A model generated the notes under the pieces. The model was not told the origin of the DNA and did no database searches. It was given only the letters and a program-made list of their open reading frames with translations. Position numbers and translations under genes: made by a program. A stretch of 61,543 bases of DNA, filler included, from Choristocarpus tenellus KU-1152 (Eukaryota > Protista > Phaeophyceae): the NCBI GenBank assembly GCA_964200185.2. It is 10 parts of 10 records of this genome, joined end to end, with 100 filler letters (N's around TTAATTAATTAA, not from the genome) between each part and the next. Parts side by side here need not be neighbours in the genome. Positions count along the whole stretch, not along the records: positions 22,723 to 27,596 come from CAXNAD020012706.1; positions 27,697 to 31,182 come from CAXNAD020019702.1; positions 31,283 to 42,017 come from CAXNAD020002751.1; 7 more parts are not named here. One strand, written 5' to 3'. Shown here one piece after another: positions 24,770 to 37,000 of this stretch. Position 1 is the first letter of the stretch, and every line of letters starts with the position of its first letter.

Positions 24770-27596
24770 CTCCCCTGCTTTGAACTTCAAATGAAAAATA
24801 CCACCACAAACATTCTTGAACATATCCTCAACACAGAAATCAATCTCAATTCATTCTACCCATGATAACACTGGAATGCCTATTGAAAGACTCCTTAGAC
24901 AAACCCTTGGTAAAAAGATCAGCATGTTGGAACTGTGCTGACAAGTATCCAATAGCTATGTTGCCTTCCCTTTCCAACTGACGTACAGAGTGATACCTAA
25001 TATCAATGTGCTTGGTTCTACCACCAGATACTGCCTTCTTGGCAATCTTGATTGCACCATCATCACCCTTGAACACAGATGCAGAGAAATCCTCACAACG
25101 TGGTTGCATAAACATATGCACTTGCTTGAGGAACAAAACCTCTTTCCCCAACTCGCACAATGTAACATACTCACCCTCAGCAGTAGACAGTGTGACCGTT
25201 TTTTGCTTCCTCGTCCACCAGTCAACACACCCTCCCCCAAACATCACAACACCACCAGAAAGAGACAATCTACTATCTTTGTAGTTAGCATAATCAGCAT
25301 CTGTATAGCCAATTTACTGCTCCCTTGGTCCATTCCCATACAATCTAAAGTCACCAGCGTAATTCCATGCTCTCTAGTACCCAAAAGGTACCCAATCACT
25401 CTCCTAGCATTATACCAATCAGACCAACTTGGATTCTCCACACAAGAAGCCAACTCTCTCACTGCAAAAGATGCATCAGGTCTAGTCATGATAGCAGCCC
25501 ATTATATACCATCAATAATATATCTGTAGTCGTCTGGAATAGATCCCTCCTGTTCCACTCTCTTTGTGATGGACGGTAGCGCTTAAGTCATGCCAATACC
25601 ATGTCGTTCAGCCAGCTCTCCAATGTACAAGCTCTGATCCACCACAAATGTCCCGATTTTTCTGTTCCTCCTGATTCTGCATCCCTAAATTTTGTTACCT
25701 CAACCAAATTCACCACCGGGAACTTCTCAGTAAGTCAATGATACGCACAGCATAACCAGCCCCTGATTCCTCAGCCATCAGCATCTCATCCACATGAACA
25801 ATCATGATAACCACAGCCTCACATTCCACGATCATTCTGAACAGACATGGATCTGCCTCAGATTGTTCCAGTCCCAGCTCCAACAAAGCTTCCAACAGCA
25901 GAAAATTCCAGTTTTGAGAAGCTTGGACTATCCCACACAGGGACTTCTTCAGTATTCCCACATCAAACTTTGCCTTTCCTTCGGGAAGTTCCACATATTT
26001 AGTTCCTCCAAGTCAGTCTGAGTGAAAGCCTTCTTCCCATCACTGTGGATAAACACATTATTCATCTTCACTGCTAGTGCAAGTAACATACGAAGAGAAG
26101 CATGTGTAGGTATTGGTGAGAGTGACTCGAAGTAATCCTCCCCCTTCTTCTGCCTGAAACCCTGAGCAACCAACCTGGCCTTGTAATTTTCCACTTCTCC
26201 ATTAGCATCCACCTTCCTGGTAAACACCATCTTTGTCCGGAGTACCTTGTGACCATCAATGGGGCAAGGTACTTGAATCCACACTCCCCTGCTGTCCAAA
26301 TAATCGACTTTATCATCAATGGCCCAATTCCACAAAGGCCACTCCTCAGACTCCATTGCTGCTCGTATGGTAGTTGTTTCAGGTGGGAGGAGACTATCTT
26401 TCCCACCAACAAGCAAATCAACCAGTCTCCTCTCATACTGAAGAGCACCCTCCACTGGTTCACCAAGTTCACGTGGGGGATCACCATCATGGTCCGCGAG
26501 TCTTAGCATCAACCTTCTAGCACTCCCCTGCTGTGACGTAGACGGATCGACTTCTCCCATTCCTGGATCCAATACCCCTTCAGATCCCACCTGGTCCCCA
26601 TCAACCTCCCGCTCATATTCTAATACCTCAGGACTGGATGCAGATTCCACAGTGTCATCACCCCCTGCATTCTCGAAACCTCCTTCACTCAAACTGCCCT
26701 CCACCTCTTCAATCATTAGACTTCCACCCAAGTCCAAATCAGGTTCCTTGTTGTTGGCCACCCCATCATCCGTCAGTGGGACCCCTAGATCAGAGTAAAG
26801 TTCCCACACGTAGTCCCTCCCGCAAGGTATCAGAAGGATGGGTGGAGGAAAGTCCCATCATCAAGCATGGTTCAGCTCGAGAAGCCAATATATGTACGTG
26901 GTTATCCACTCTAGTATAATCCGAAGTGGCAAGAGATGAGGATGCGCAGGAACACCACAAAACATTTCATATGGAGACTTCCAGTGAGGATTAGCAGACG
27001 TTGGGGACAAGTTAGTAAGAGTGTTAGTCTTGCTGTGCGCCTCAGCCCACAATCCCAGTTGATTCCCTGGATCAGCTTCATGCACCATGACCAACCCTTT
27101 TCCGCAATTAGGATATAGTCCGTTCCATCTTCCCATTAAGTTGAGGGGTTCCATGCACAGTGTACTCATGCCTGATCTCGTGTTCATCAAGTACATCCTC
27201 AAAGTCAACATTCGAACTCCGTCCCCTCGTCAGTCCTCACAAACCAAAAGCTGATGTCCTCCACTTCAGCCACATGCTGGATGAAGGCCCGAAATATCTT
27301 GGCAGTCTCATCCTTCAATCTCCAAAATCGTAACTAACCCATCCCCATCTTGTCGCAGACCATGAGCATCTCAAACAAAAATCCTCCCGGGCTGCTCACC
27401 CTAGGCTTAGGTCCACTGAGATTTACGAACACCATCCCCAAGGGCTTCCCTGATCTGCACGACGACAACTTTGGTACTGGTTCGCGGGGAGCCTTGCCAA
27501 TAGCGCGCACCCCTTGCCGTACTGCCTCTACTCTTCAGTGAGATGGATCCTACGTTCCTTGGTGTACCTGCGTACCATCGCTCCATGGCAGTGACC
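24770..27596 (-). mobile_element. Ty1/Copia LTR-retrotransposon relic (GAG-pre-integrase, integrase, RT, RNase H, possible PPT)
   Basis: RT: KMVFTRKVDANGEVENYKARLVAQGFRQ, LKKSLCGIVQAS, IVHVDEML, TRPDASFAV. RNase H: KQKTVTLSTAEGEY...RTKHIDIRYH...QHADLFTKGL. Integrase: LWAEA...SPYEMFCG. A purine tract GCAGGGGAG precedes TGTGTT at about 24770. Many frameshifts. Confidence 0.95.
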
Positions 27597-27712
27597 NNNN
27601 NNNNNNNNNNNNNNNNNNNNNNNNNNNNNNNNNNNNNNNNTTAATTAATTAANNNNNNNNNNNNNNNNNNNNNNNNNNNNNNNNNNNNNNNNNNNNTCAT
27701 TAACCGGAAGGA

Positions 27713-27896
27713 CGGCCAAAGTATCTGGTTGGGGGGGGGGGACTACACCAGGGTGTCCATTTGAACCAAAATCAGGAAATTTTCTCTTACATTATCCATC
27801 TGACGCATGCAACCAAATCACCCAAGCATCGCGACATGAAAAAATTGAGCCCAAATGGACAGCCGCCACCCCCACCCCCCCCAGATACTTTGAGCG
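27713..27896. mobile_element. MITE, subfamily C (184 bp), flanked by AGGA direct repeats
   Basis: agga|CGGCCAAAGTATCTGG ... CCAGATACTTTGAGCG|agga. A reverse-oriented partial copy lies at 31096-31182. Confidence 0.8.
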
Positions 27897-27899
27897 AGG

Positions 27900-29855
27900 A
27901 GGCTCTTATAATGGAGCTGAAAGATCTTGGGAGGTTCCGTGACTGAGGAAGATCGAGTGGGTTGGCTACAAAATTCACTCGGCGAACATTATCTGGATAT
28001 CTTGTCCCTAATAGATGTTGACGAGTCTGCAGAGGGGCGGATAAAACTGTAGAAGTTAGTCCTGAAGAAATATCGACTGCGCTCCATTCAAAAGGGGACA
28101 GAATCAGCTGGGGTAAGACCTGGGCCACTGATGGTAGGAAGGCAATACAGACGAACTGGTGGGCAACTCGATTGTTGGGAATGTGGCGGACCTCACTTCA
28201 GATCTAAGTGCCCACAAATCAAGAAGAAGACGACTAAATGGGGTATTGCTTGCTTTTTGTATGTGGGGAATTGTTGGAAGGGAGGGACCCATCCCAAAGA
28301 TGGCATCGGCAGTTATTGATCCAGGGGCGTCAACAAGTACGAATGCAACATTAGAGTCCCCATCCATGGATTTTGGGATAGGGAGTTTGATGACTGAGGA
28401 AGTTGAACCAGGTCTGGGTGGGACTATTGATGAGCCCAGTCAAGATGCTGCTAGGAAAGTTCTGGAAAGTCTTGTGGTAGCAGGAAATGCAAGGGGGTGA
28501 CGGAGAAAAAGGAATTAGGTGAACTGTTAGACACCGCCGTTGGTGATATGGACCCACTGTCACAGCAGGGGAGTGTGAGCAAGAAAGTACTGCGACATGT
28601 GGACCCCAAAAATGACCCTACATCTGAACCGGGCGAACTATTTGAGGAGTTAAGAATGAAAGTATCTTAGAGGGTACGAGGTTTGCCCTGTTTGTCGATT
28701 TGGAGCTTGACTTCCCACAGGTTTTTAATGACATTTTACCTAATTCGAAATAGTTTGGAGTAGGTAAAATATACACGTTATGGAAACGTGTATCCGGAAC
28801 AAGGATATTAACACTTCCTAAAAAAAATGATAACCAAAATTACATCAAAATATCAACATTGGATTTTGGCCCCCAAATGGACTCGGCTCTACCCTCTGAG
28901 ATACTTTGACTCTAACTGGAATTGAGCGGGAATTGAAAATGCGAGAGGCAATGGAGTCAGAGGAGTGGCCCTTGTGGAATGGGACCGTGGACAGGGTAAT
29001 GGACATACACAACAGACAGTCAAAGACCCAGTTTGCTTACTCATTAATTTGGGACAAGATTTTCGACCGGGGAAGATGGATGGGAAAGGAAGAGTGCAGA
29101 GGTCAAAGGCAGGGATAGGACGATTGGAAGGAGAAACAGAATAGAGCAGGAGGGACCTGTTCCAGACATCTACAGATCTATGATCGGTGGTATATTAATG
29201 TGAGCATCAATCATGGCGAGGTAAAATGTAGCATCAGCAGTAAGGAGCCTAGTGATGCAGTTTGTGAATCCCACTGAGATGGATTGGAAAGGGGCGGAAA
29301 GAGTGGTTGCATATTTGTTGAGGACCAGTAAGAGAGGCCAAACTTTTGGTGATTTCTGTTTTTATGGTGGTGCACCTAGGAACCAAAACATTGGCTATGC
29401 TGATGCAGACTACGCCAATTGTGAGATTTCAAGATTTTCTGTGTCTGGTGGCATGGTAATGTTTGGGGGTGCATGGGTGAGATGGTGGTCTAGAATGCAG
29501 AAGACTGTTTACTTTATCTAGCACTGAAGCTGAGTATGTGTCATTGTGTGAATTGACCAAGGAGGTTACTTTTTTGCAACATGTTCAATTTTTTATGGAG
29601 CCAACCATGCACAAGTATTGTGTACGATTGCTTGAAGACAATAGTGGGGCAACCAAGTTGGCTGAGAAGACAGCTTCGGGGGGTAGGACAAAACATATAG
29701 ATATTAGATATCATTATGTAAGAAACTTGGTGAAGGAGGGGAAGGCACAGGTTGTCTATATAAACTCAGGTGAACAACATGGAGATTTTTTTACATAGGC
29801 TTTGTGCAGTAACGTGTTTGAATTCCACTCTAGAACTATTATGCACTGTGAATAA
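27900..29855 (+). mobile_element. Internally deleted Ty1/Copia relic related to 24770-27596
   Basis: Gag zinc knuckle CWECGGPHFRSKC, the shared motif AMESEEWPLWN, and RNase H GYADADYAN...SVSGGMVMFGG...RTKHIDIRYHYVR. Most of the integrase and RT is missing. Interrupted by a MITE. Confidence 0.9.
28654..28912. mobile_element. MITE, subfamily A, inserted into the Copia relic, TAA target-site duplication
   Basis: taa|GAATGAAAGTATCTTAGAGGGTA ... TACCCTCTGAGATACTTTGACTC|taa. Confidence 0.9.
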
Positions 29856-30639
29856 GGGGCAGTGTGCAGATTGAGTACATTTGATTCTTGCTACTACATG
29901 GACAGATTATAGGAGTGTCAAGATTTGCTTGTCCATGTGTGGGAATAAGATTCGAAGTGTGCAGATTGAGTTGATTTGAAGTTGGGATTTATTTTTGGAC
30001 TGATTCGATTCTCGCTGCATAGTCGGAGCATGGGAGTGTGTCAAGATTAACCATTTGTGAGAATAAGATTCGAAGTAATATTTTATGTACGCACAGACGA
30101 TGATGTGGGACATCAAGGATAATTAAGCGGGGTATTTGAATTGCACCTTCAATGCTCTCAGATTATGGACAAATACATACATATTATACTTCCTAGTCCT
30201 TACGGAACCCATCCAGACTAGTCTCTACCAGAGAAGCAATTGGCGGAGTGTTAGAGTCTGAGTGTTTCTGACGTGTGCTAGAGAACTGTTGAGTCATTTA
30301 GTATTCTCAATCATTTACTGTAAGGTTTGGTGAGCCCCACCTAGTGATGGTGCCTCACTCTCTTCTCAACTGTGATACAAGCTAATAAAAATAATATAAC
30401 TGGTTGTGTGGGGCAACAGATCGTCAAGGACAGCTTAACAAAGGTATGGAAAGAAAACATAGGAGATGCTGACATACACCGAAGAGACATACAATGAAGA
30501 GAGCTACTTGGTGGCATAACTTCTAGATCAAAGACATGTCATCATCGGAAGAATAGTCTGTACTACTGCGTGTAACAGTAGTAGTAGTGGGAGGGGGGGC
30601 TGTATGACGGTGGTTTGAAGCATCCCCATCACAGTCAAA

Positions 30640-30860
30640 CCAACTGCGAGGTAGACAGGATTGATTTTAAGGGCCTTGAGAAGGGTGAAGAAGATGCCAT
30701 TTTGTACGATTGCAGAAAGAGCCTGGCTGGATTGTGGAGTCACTTCGTGTGTGGTAAGGGGAGTATCAATTTTGTGTACGGTATTGTGCACATAAAGCAA
30801 TGGAATAGTGTTTTGAACAGAGTAAGAAATGTGACTTAGAATACAAAGGGGTTCAAATCT
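30640..30860 (-). pseudogene. Decayed coding fragment of an unidentified repeat family (copy 2)
   Basis: PLCILSHISYSVQNTIPLLYVHNTVHKIDTPLTTHEVTPQSSQALSAIVQNGIFFTLLKALKINP, homologous to 21500-21771. Confidence 0.55.
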
Positions 30861-31095
30861 GCCTACCTCTCAATTGGTTTGGCTCATTATCATGACCTTA
30901 GCTTCACTCATACTCGTACTTGCACCCGTAACTTTGTGTTGCTACCTAAAGAAATCGGGGGGTGGAGGAAGGGTCACTTAAGGCCAACAGTGGAAGATTG
31001 GAGGAGGAAGACAGAAATGTCAATGATGACACATCCCCTACTCTTGACTTTGGGTGTGTGTGGGTAAGGGGTGGGAAAACCCAGCACATGGTGGT

Positions 31096-31182
31096 GGCTC
31101 AAAGTATCTGTGAGGGGGTGGCGACTGTCCATTTTGGGTCAATTTTTTCATGTCACAATTTTTGGGTGATTTGATTGCATAC
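31096..31182. mobile_element. MITE, subfamily C, partial at the contig end
   Basis: GGCTCAAAGTATCTG...TGTCCATTTTGGGTCAATTTTTTCATGTC is the near reverse complement of about 27805-27896. Confidence 0.8.
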
Positions 31183-31360
31183 NNNNNNNNNNNNNNNNNN
31201 NNNNNNNNNNNNNNNNNNNNNNNNNNTTAATTAATTAANNNNNNNNNNNNNNNNNNNNNNNNNNNNNNNNNNNNNNNNNNNNCATGCAAGCTCCTCTTAT
31301 CTCCCTACCTCTCCCTACCCCTCCCCCCTCCCAATCCCCCCCAACCTACCCTGGAAACAG

Positions 31361-34045
31361 TTGTGCACATACATTGTGAATGCTGACAAAAAGTCCAGGA
31401 AGGACAAGGTCAAGGAAAAGGAGGTTAAGGGCAAGGCTTCAGCCAAGGATGGCAAGGAGAAGAAGAAGGACAAGAAGGTGTGTCTTGTATTTTGGCTCAA
31501 GTATGCTGAGCATTGACTCAATGGAAACGATACCAAGTCCATGTTGACGGAGATGATTGATTAGACTTAGTCAGGGAAGATGAACAGGGCGAAGGAATGT
31601 TATTGATCGGTGAAATCAGTGACTGTGCAATATCTTTAGGGTGCACTAGGGTTGATAGTTGTGCTGAAAATAATCTGATCATGCAGGTAGTGAAGATTAG
31701 TTGTTGTCCATGGTGTTATTCAATCTCTAGTTCCATATCTTGGACTGAGAGGTGGTATTGTGTGGACTATGTAGGTAGTCTGAGTTGGCCCTTGCTAGGT
31801 ACCGCTCACTGTGGTTTGTGTAATTTTTATCCTTTTTACCCTTACCTACCGGTGGTGACTGTGTCGATGTGGTTAGGACAAGAAGAAGGACAAGGACAAG
31901 GATCTGAATGACAGTGGAAAGGATTCAGCCAAGGATAAGAAGAAAAAGGTGTGATGTCGTCCTGTAGCTGCGTTGAAGTAGACTGTAGTAGACCATACAT
32001 GAAACGGATGAGTTGAGGCGAAAAGAGTTTGTGACTGAAGGGATACGTAATCGTTTTTGGATGTGGAAGCTGCCTCTTTCATCCCATTTTGTTATATTGG
32101 CGTTTGTGTGTTTTGCATGTGTTTTGTCTCTTTTGCCTCATGAAAAAAATATATATCGTGTGTTACGTACGTGTTATTTCTTGTGTGCATGTACTGTGTT
32201 GTGTCATGTTGATCTGTCCTTGCTTGCCGATTTTTGTTGTGAATCGCGTTTTATATGAAGGATAAGGAGAAGAAGAAAAAGGTTGACAAGAGTGGCAGCT
32301 CAGATGGTGACTTGGATGGTGACTTGGATGGCAAGGATGACGACAGGTGGTTTTCCTGGCATACCTGACTTCCCACTTCTAGTTTTTTTTTGCTTGTGTA
32401 AATTTCCGCCTTTTTCAACATTTTCTGCAATTTTGATTTGAAATATAGAGATGGCTAAATAGGAAGCACGTCCTCCTTTCGGAATTTAACCTTTCTCACT
32501 TTTTTTGTGAGTAAGTGTTGTGTTCCATGATGTTGATGATGCCTTGCTGGAATTGTTTGCTTTTTCTCTATTTTTTTGCTTTATCAGGAAAATGTTAGTT
32601 TTTGGTCGTCTTATCTCTTGTGTGTTACTTTTTTACTTTCATCTTGTTTTTTTTTCCACCTTCCTCAAAAGAGGTAGCTACGATGGATAAAGCTGTATGG
32701 TTTTCTTCAATATACATTTTCACCTTGCGTTGCATTTTTGTTCTCATGCATCTTGATTTTTCATTTCCTCAGCAACTTTGGGGAAGAAGTTGCTACCATG
32801 GATAACCTCGAAGTCGATGATGCTGTGGCCTTTGATAACTCAGTGGCAGCCATTCGTCGCCATCTGGCTGATGGTGCCCCTGATGAGATGATCCTTGAGG
32901 TGAGCGGAGTGTTAAACTGTTTTTTTTGACACATGGTCCTTTTGTGTGTCTTTTCATGAGGCACAATGAGTTGAAGCTTTTTATGTCAGGCTTGTCACTG
33001 AATGCAAATCTTAGGTCCTTGTGGGGGGTAATGAAGTAGATGATTTTGTGACTGTTCTGTAGAACACCCAATATATACATAGATATCACTATCCGAAGTG
33101 GACTTGATTTGGAAAACATAGGTTAGCATCAACTTGGTTCATTTGGTGTATGGTAGATATGCAGCTCAACATGTCTGCAAGTATCTTCGCTGACGTCCTT
33201 GATTGTGATGCCCTTGATAGTGGACTTCCCACCCTATTGACAACATTCATGCTGACTACTCACTACTTTCCATGCATGCATTCATCTAAACTCACAACTC
33301 CCTTGTCTCATCATTGGTGTTTCTTTGGCGCTGTGATGTCTCCTGGTTACCTTGATCTCCTTCAGGAGGTTCGCACTGCCCAGACCTTTGCTGCTTTTCC
33401 ACCGCACTACCGTATCCACCTGTATGTAGCTGCTGCCTTTGCTGAGTCAGACAAGGTGACAGCTGCGGACATAGAGTCCAAGACTTGCATCTTTTCCATC
33501 CTCAAGAATCGCGTTGAGGACCAGCGCCACATTGTTGGTGCCTTTGAACTCCTTTGCCAGGTAATTTTCACCCTTACCCCCAACTCCTAACGCGTGTTTG
33601 CCCATCCTCTCCAACTTTAGACAATTAGTATCCTTAATCCTCTTGAGGGTACTGATTGCTATACTTTCCAAGTTGGTGACTTGATTGGCACCCTTCTGTC
33701 ATAAGATGACAATATTTGGATCTGTAGCTTTCTATCTTTTCATATCTTATCCCTTCCCACTGCTTATTGCTGTGTGTGCTTGCCTTGTGCTTTAAGGTCC
33801 AGCGCCCGTCCCTCAAGGGCTTCTTCCCTGTGATTCTTAAGCACCTCTATGATGCTGATATTGTGGAGGAGGAGGCATTGCTTATGTGGGCAGGCGAGGG
33901 AGAGCGGTCTGAGTACACTCCAGCTAGCCTCTCTGACAAGCAGGTGAAGGAGCTGAAGGAGAAGGCTGAACCGTTCATCACTTGGCTTGAGGAGGCTGAT
34001 GAGGAGGAGGAAGATGATGACGATGATGATGAGGTACTCGTTTGA
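31361..34045 (+). CDS. EIF5: Eukaryotic translation initiation factor 5, 3' part (Lys-rich linker and W2 domain)
   Basis: Exons 31361-31477, 31877-31948, 32261-32346, 32773-32899, 33366-33560 and 33797-34045. It starts LCTYIVN (eIF5 HKLCTFI motif) and has the W2 AA-boxes ILKHLYDADIVEEEALLMW and AEPFITWLEEADEEEEDD. The last few codons could be spliced differently (GAG|GTACTC). Confidence 0.9.
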
Positions 34046-37000
34046 AAATCGAATCACTTTTTGTATCAGAGTCCAACGGCATTGGTATGCTCAGGTCTAG
34101 TGAGTTGATTGTGGGTGGTTTAGTAGCTTGAATGGTGATATGGAGGTGGCTCCCACTACTATATATATAGCTGTCCCTATCCTTAGCATGCAGAATGAAA
34201 TGATTTGAGTTGGTGTTTGTGCACAGAATTATTTCGCGGTTTGCTACACATAATTGTTCCAAGAAGGGAGGATAATAGAATGCTGCTCGTGTAGGAATTC
34301 CTGTGTCATTGGCCTCCATGTTTCTGAGGTTACACATTTCAAAATATGTAGGGGATAAATGTGATCAGAATCAAAGCCGTTCATTAAGGAGCTACTCTTT
34401 AGGTTTCTCAATACGAAGTCCAGAGCAGGTGGTTTAAAAAAGGTGTTAGGTGCCAACTATTTCTGCAACCTGATGCGTAACGGTAGCAAACTGGTAGTGG
34501 AGTGTTGTTCCCATCAATGTCTTACACATTTGACTCTCCATCCTCATCTCTATACTATCCAGTATTGCTTCACATTATAATTGTGACACAACATCATTGT
34601 TATTTTGTCAGTTTCTGAGTAACTACAACATGAGCTTGAACTTTAGCCACAATCAGAGCCAATTGGGAACTGACACTGTGGTTGGTTCACCTTTTCAATT
34701 TGAAAACAATAGGTTGTGGGGATGGGGATGATAGGTCAAACATGGAGAGCATAGATGGAACAATGCTCCGTAATGTGATCAGTATATTGTTACATTCTCT
34801 GGAGTGTGTATTGAGGCACCTGCAGGTACTGCTAAAGTCCTTGGACAAGGCATCTTATATACACATGTTATGATACGACGTGATCAGCAATGGGGGGAGA
34901 AAAATACGTCGCACAGTGTATGGTGCTGTAACAATAGTTATCGTTAAGGTGGCTAAGTTTTGTTGTAACAGAGTAGCTGTTGGTCGCCCACTTATGAAAC
35001 ATCATCCTTTGATTTATCTTTCAGACTTCTGATAGCTTTTGGGAGGTCTTTGTTTGGTTATTGACTGTGCATTATGACCTGGGTTTTCCAATGAAATGTG
35101 GAGGACTTGATTTTAGGGGGCATGATGTTGTGACCTTTTTAGAATACTGTAAGTCCTCTGTTATTGTGTACAATCAGTTTCGGAATGATTCCTTATGTTT
35201 CTTTGATCTTCCTGATCGTGTGTTACAGGATGGTGAGGATTGAGCTGAAGATTCTTCATGGAGTGGGGGTTTCCTTTTCATCAACGCATGAGAACGAGTT
35301 TATCGTATCATCACTGCTCGAGGCCTTGATCCACGGGCAGTCAGAAGTCTGCTATGTTTACTCCTCTGTTTTTCGTGAAACCCGATCATGAAACGAACTT
35401 TACTAGGTTTTAAAAAAACCAAATGCCAATGGACGTACTGTGCATGTTCTCTCTTTGTTTCAGCTTGTTTGACCTAGCAGATTGACCTGATTATTCTTTT
35501 TGTGAGGTGGTGTCAATCTTTATGGAGTGTTTGGATTGTCACAGGCTGAGAGAAGTGGGTGTGGGGTAGCTGAAGTATACAATGCTTTCCTCTCCAGTTG
35601 TGTTTCATCTCAAGTATTGCGACAACCAGCCTTTCGTCTATTGTCCTGCAACTACTTTGCATACCTGTATGTGCTCACCTTTGTGCTTCATATAGGGGTG
35701 TAGTTAAGTGTTGATCTTGCCCTTGCAATATTGTGTTCGTCATGAATCATCTGTGGCAATGGTGACAAATCATGAGTGGCTGGATGATTGTTTGAGTTGA
35801 CCTTTCTACACACAGGAGGGGAAAAAATTGTCTATGTTGGCTGGGAAATTTCTTGCTTGGTGATGCTTGACCCCAATCTTTTTGACAACCCACCTTCGCG
35901 TGTGATAAGTTGGTGTGAGGACTTCATTTCACAGTGTTGGGGTTTATTCCCCCCCTTCCCCTCCCTTTTCCCCCCTGCGGCTCTTTTGATTTGTGTTGGT
36001 GCATGTGGTTGAGATTTTCTTTGGTTGCAATTTTGCCTCTCTTCTGGCAGTGCTTCTTGTATGGTAGTCATTGAGTAACCAGAGCAAGGGAAATAATCTT
36101 GGTAGTTATAGCGTCTGTCCATGACTACTTCATGGTTTGAGATAGGTACACACATCAAATGTACGCTTCTGAGGGGGTACATGACAATGCAGGTTGACAG
36201 TCATTGTCAACGGGAAAGTATTTCGTTCACACTGGAGTTTCTTGGGTGCATCCACAAGAAATTTGTCATATTTTTGTGTAGTGCATCAAATTGTGATTTC
36301 AAGCCCTGTAGGACCTCTCGATCTGCATTCTTGACGCTTCAGTTATCAACAGAGCACAACTGTTCATGTCTGGGTAATCAGGAGAAGTTGAAATTACAGT
36401 TGACCAACAGGCTATGGTGATGTACATTAATCGAAACTTCGTAAGCAGCAGATGCTTACGTAATACAACATTGAAAATATGTCTCATAACAGCATTACTA
36501 CTATATGCAGGTTGCAGTAGTGTCCACTACTTTTTGTATTATTTTGAGGTCTCCTTACTGTGGCATGAGCTTTCCAGATGAGGCATAGTCCAAATGTTTT
36601 TTTTTGTGAGATAAAGTACATCGGATTCTCCAGAAAACTGTCTTCATTGTCTACCAAGTACAACCTATTTTCAAGAGGTAAAAGGGCTTTGACCTGGCTG
36701 CAAGAAAATGATCCTTTCAACTTTTCGTAGTAGGTGGGTAGGAAGTCAAGATATTGGCAGCTTGTAGAAATATAGTACCATTGTATCGATTAAATTTATT
36801 GATCCATCTTGTGCAGGAAGAAATATGTCCTTTGGATCCTTAGAGGACAATGAGGCATGCAGAGCTTTTGAGTCTTTCAGCCTCAACCAGTACTTCAAAG
36901 AAAGTTGAAGTCAAACAACACTTCAAGGCTTGTGGGACATACAATCAACATGCTGATTGTACCTGATCTTACGGTATATTCACAAAAAAACATCTCAAGA

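Noticed and set aside
24990-25529. 179-aa plus-strand ORF and similar ORFs at 14109-14513 and 60222-60578
   Set aside because: Antisense shadows of Copia, Gypsy and TPR-gene coding sequence.
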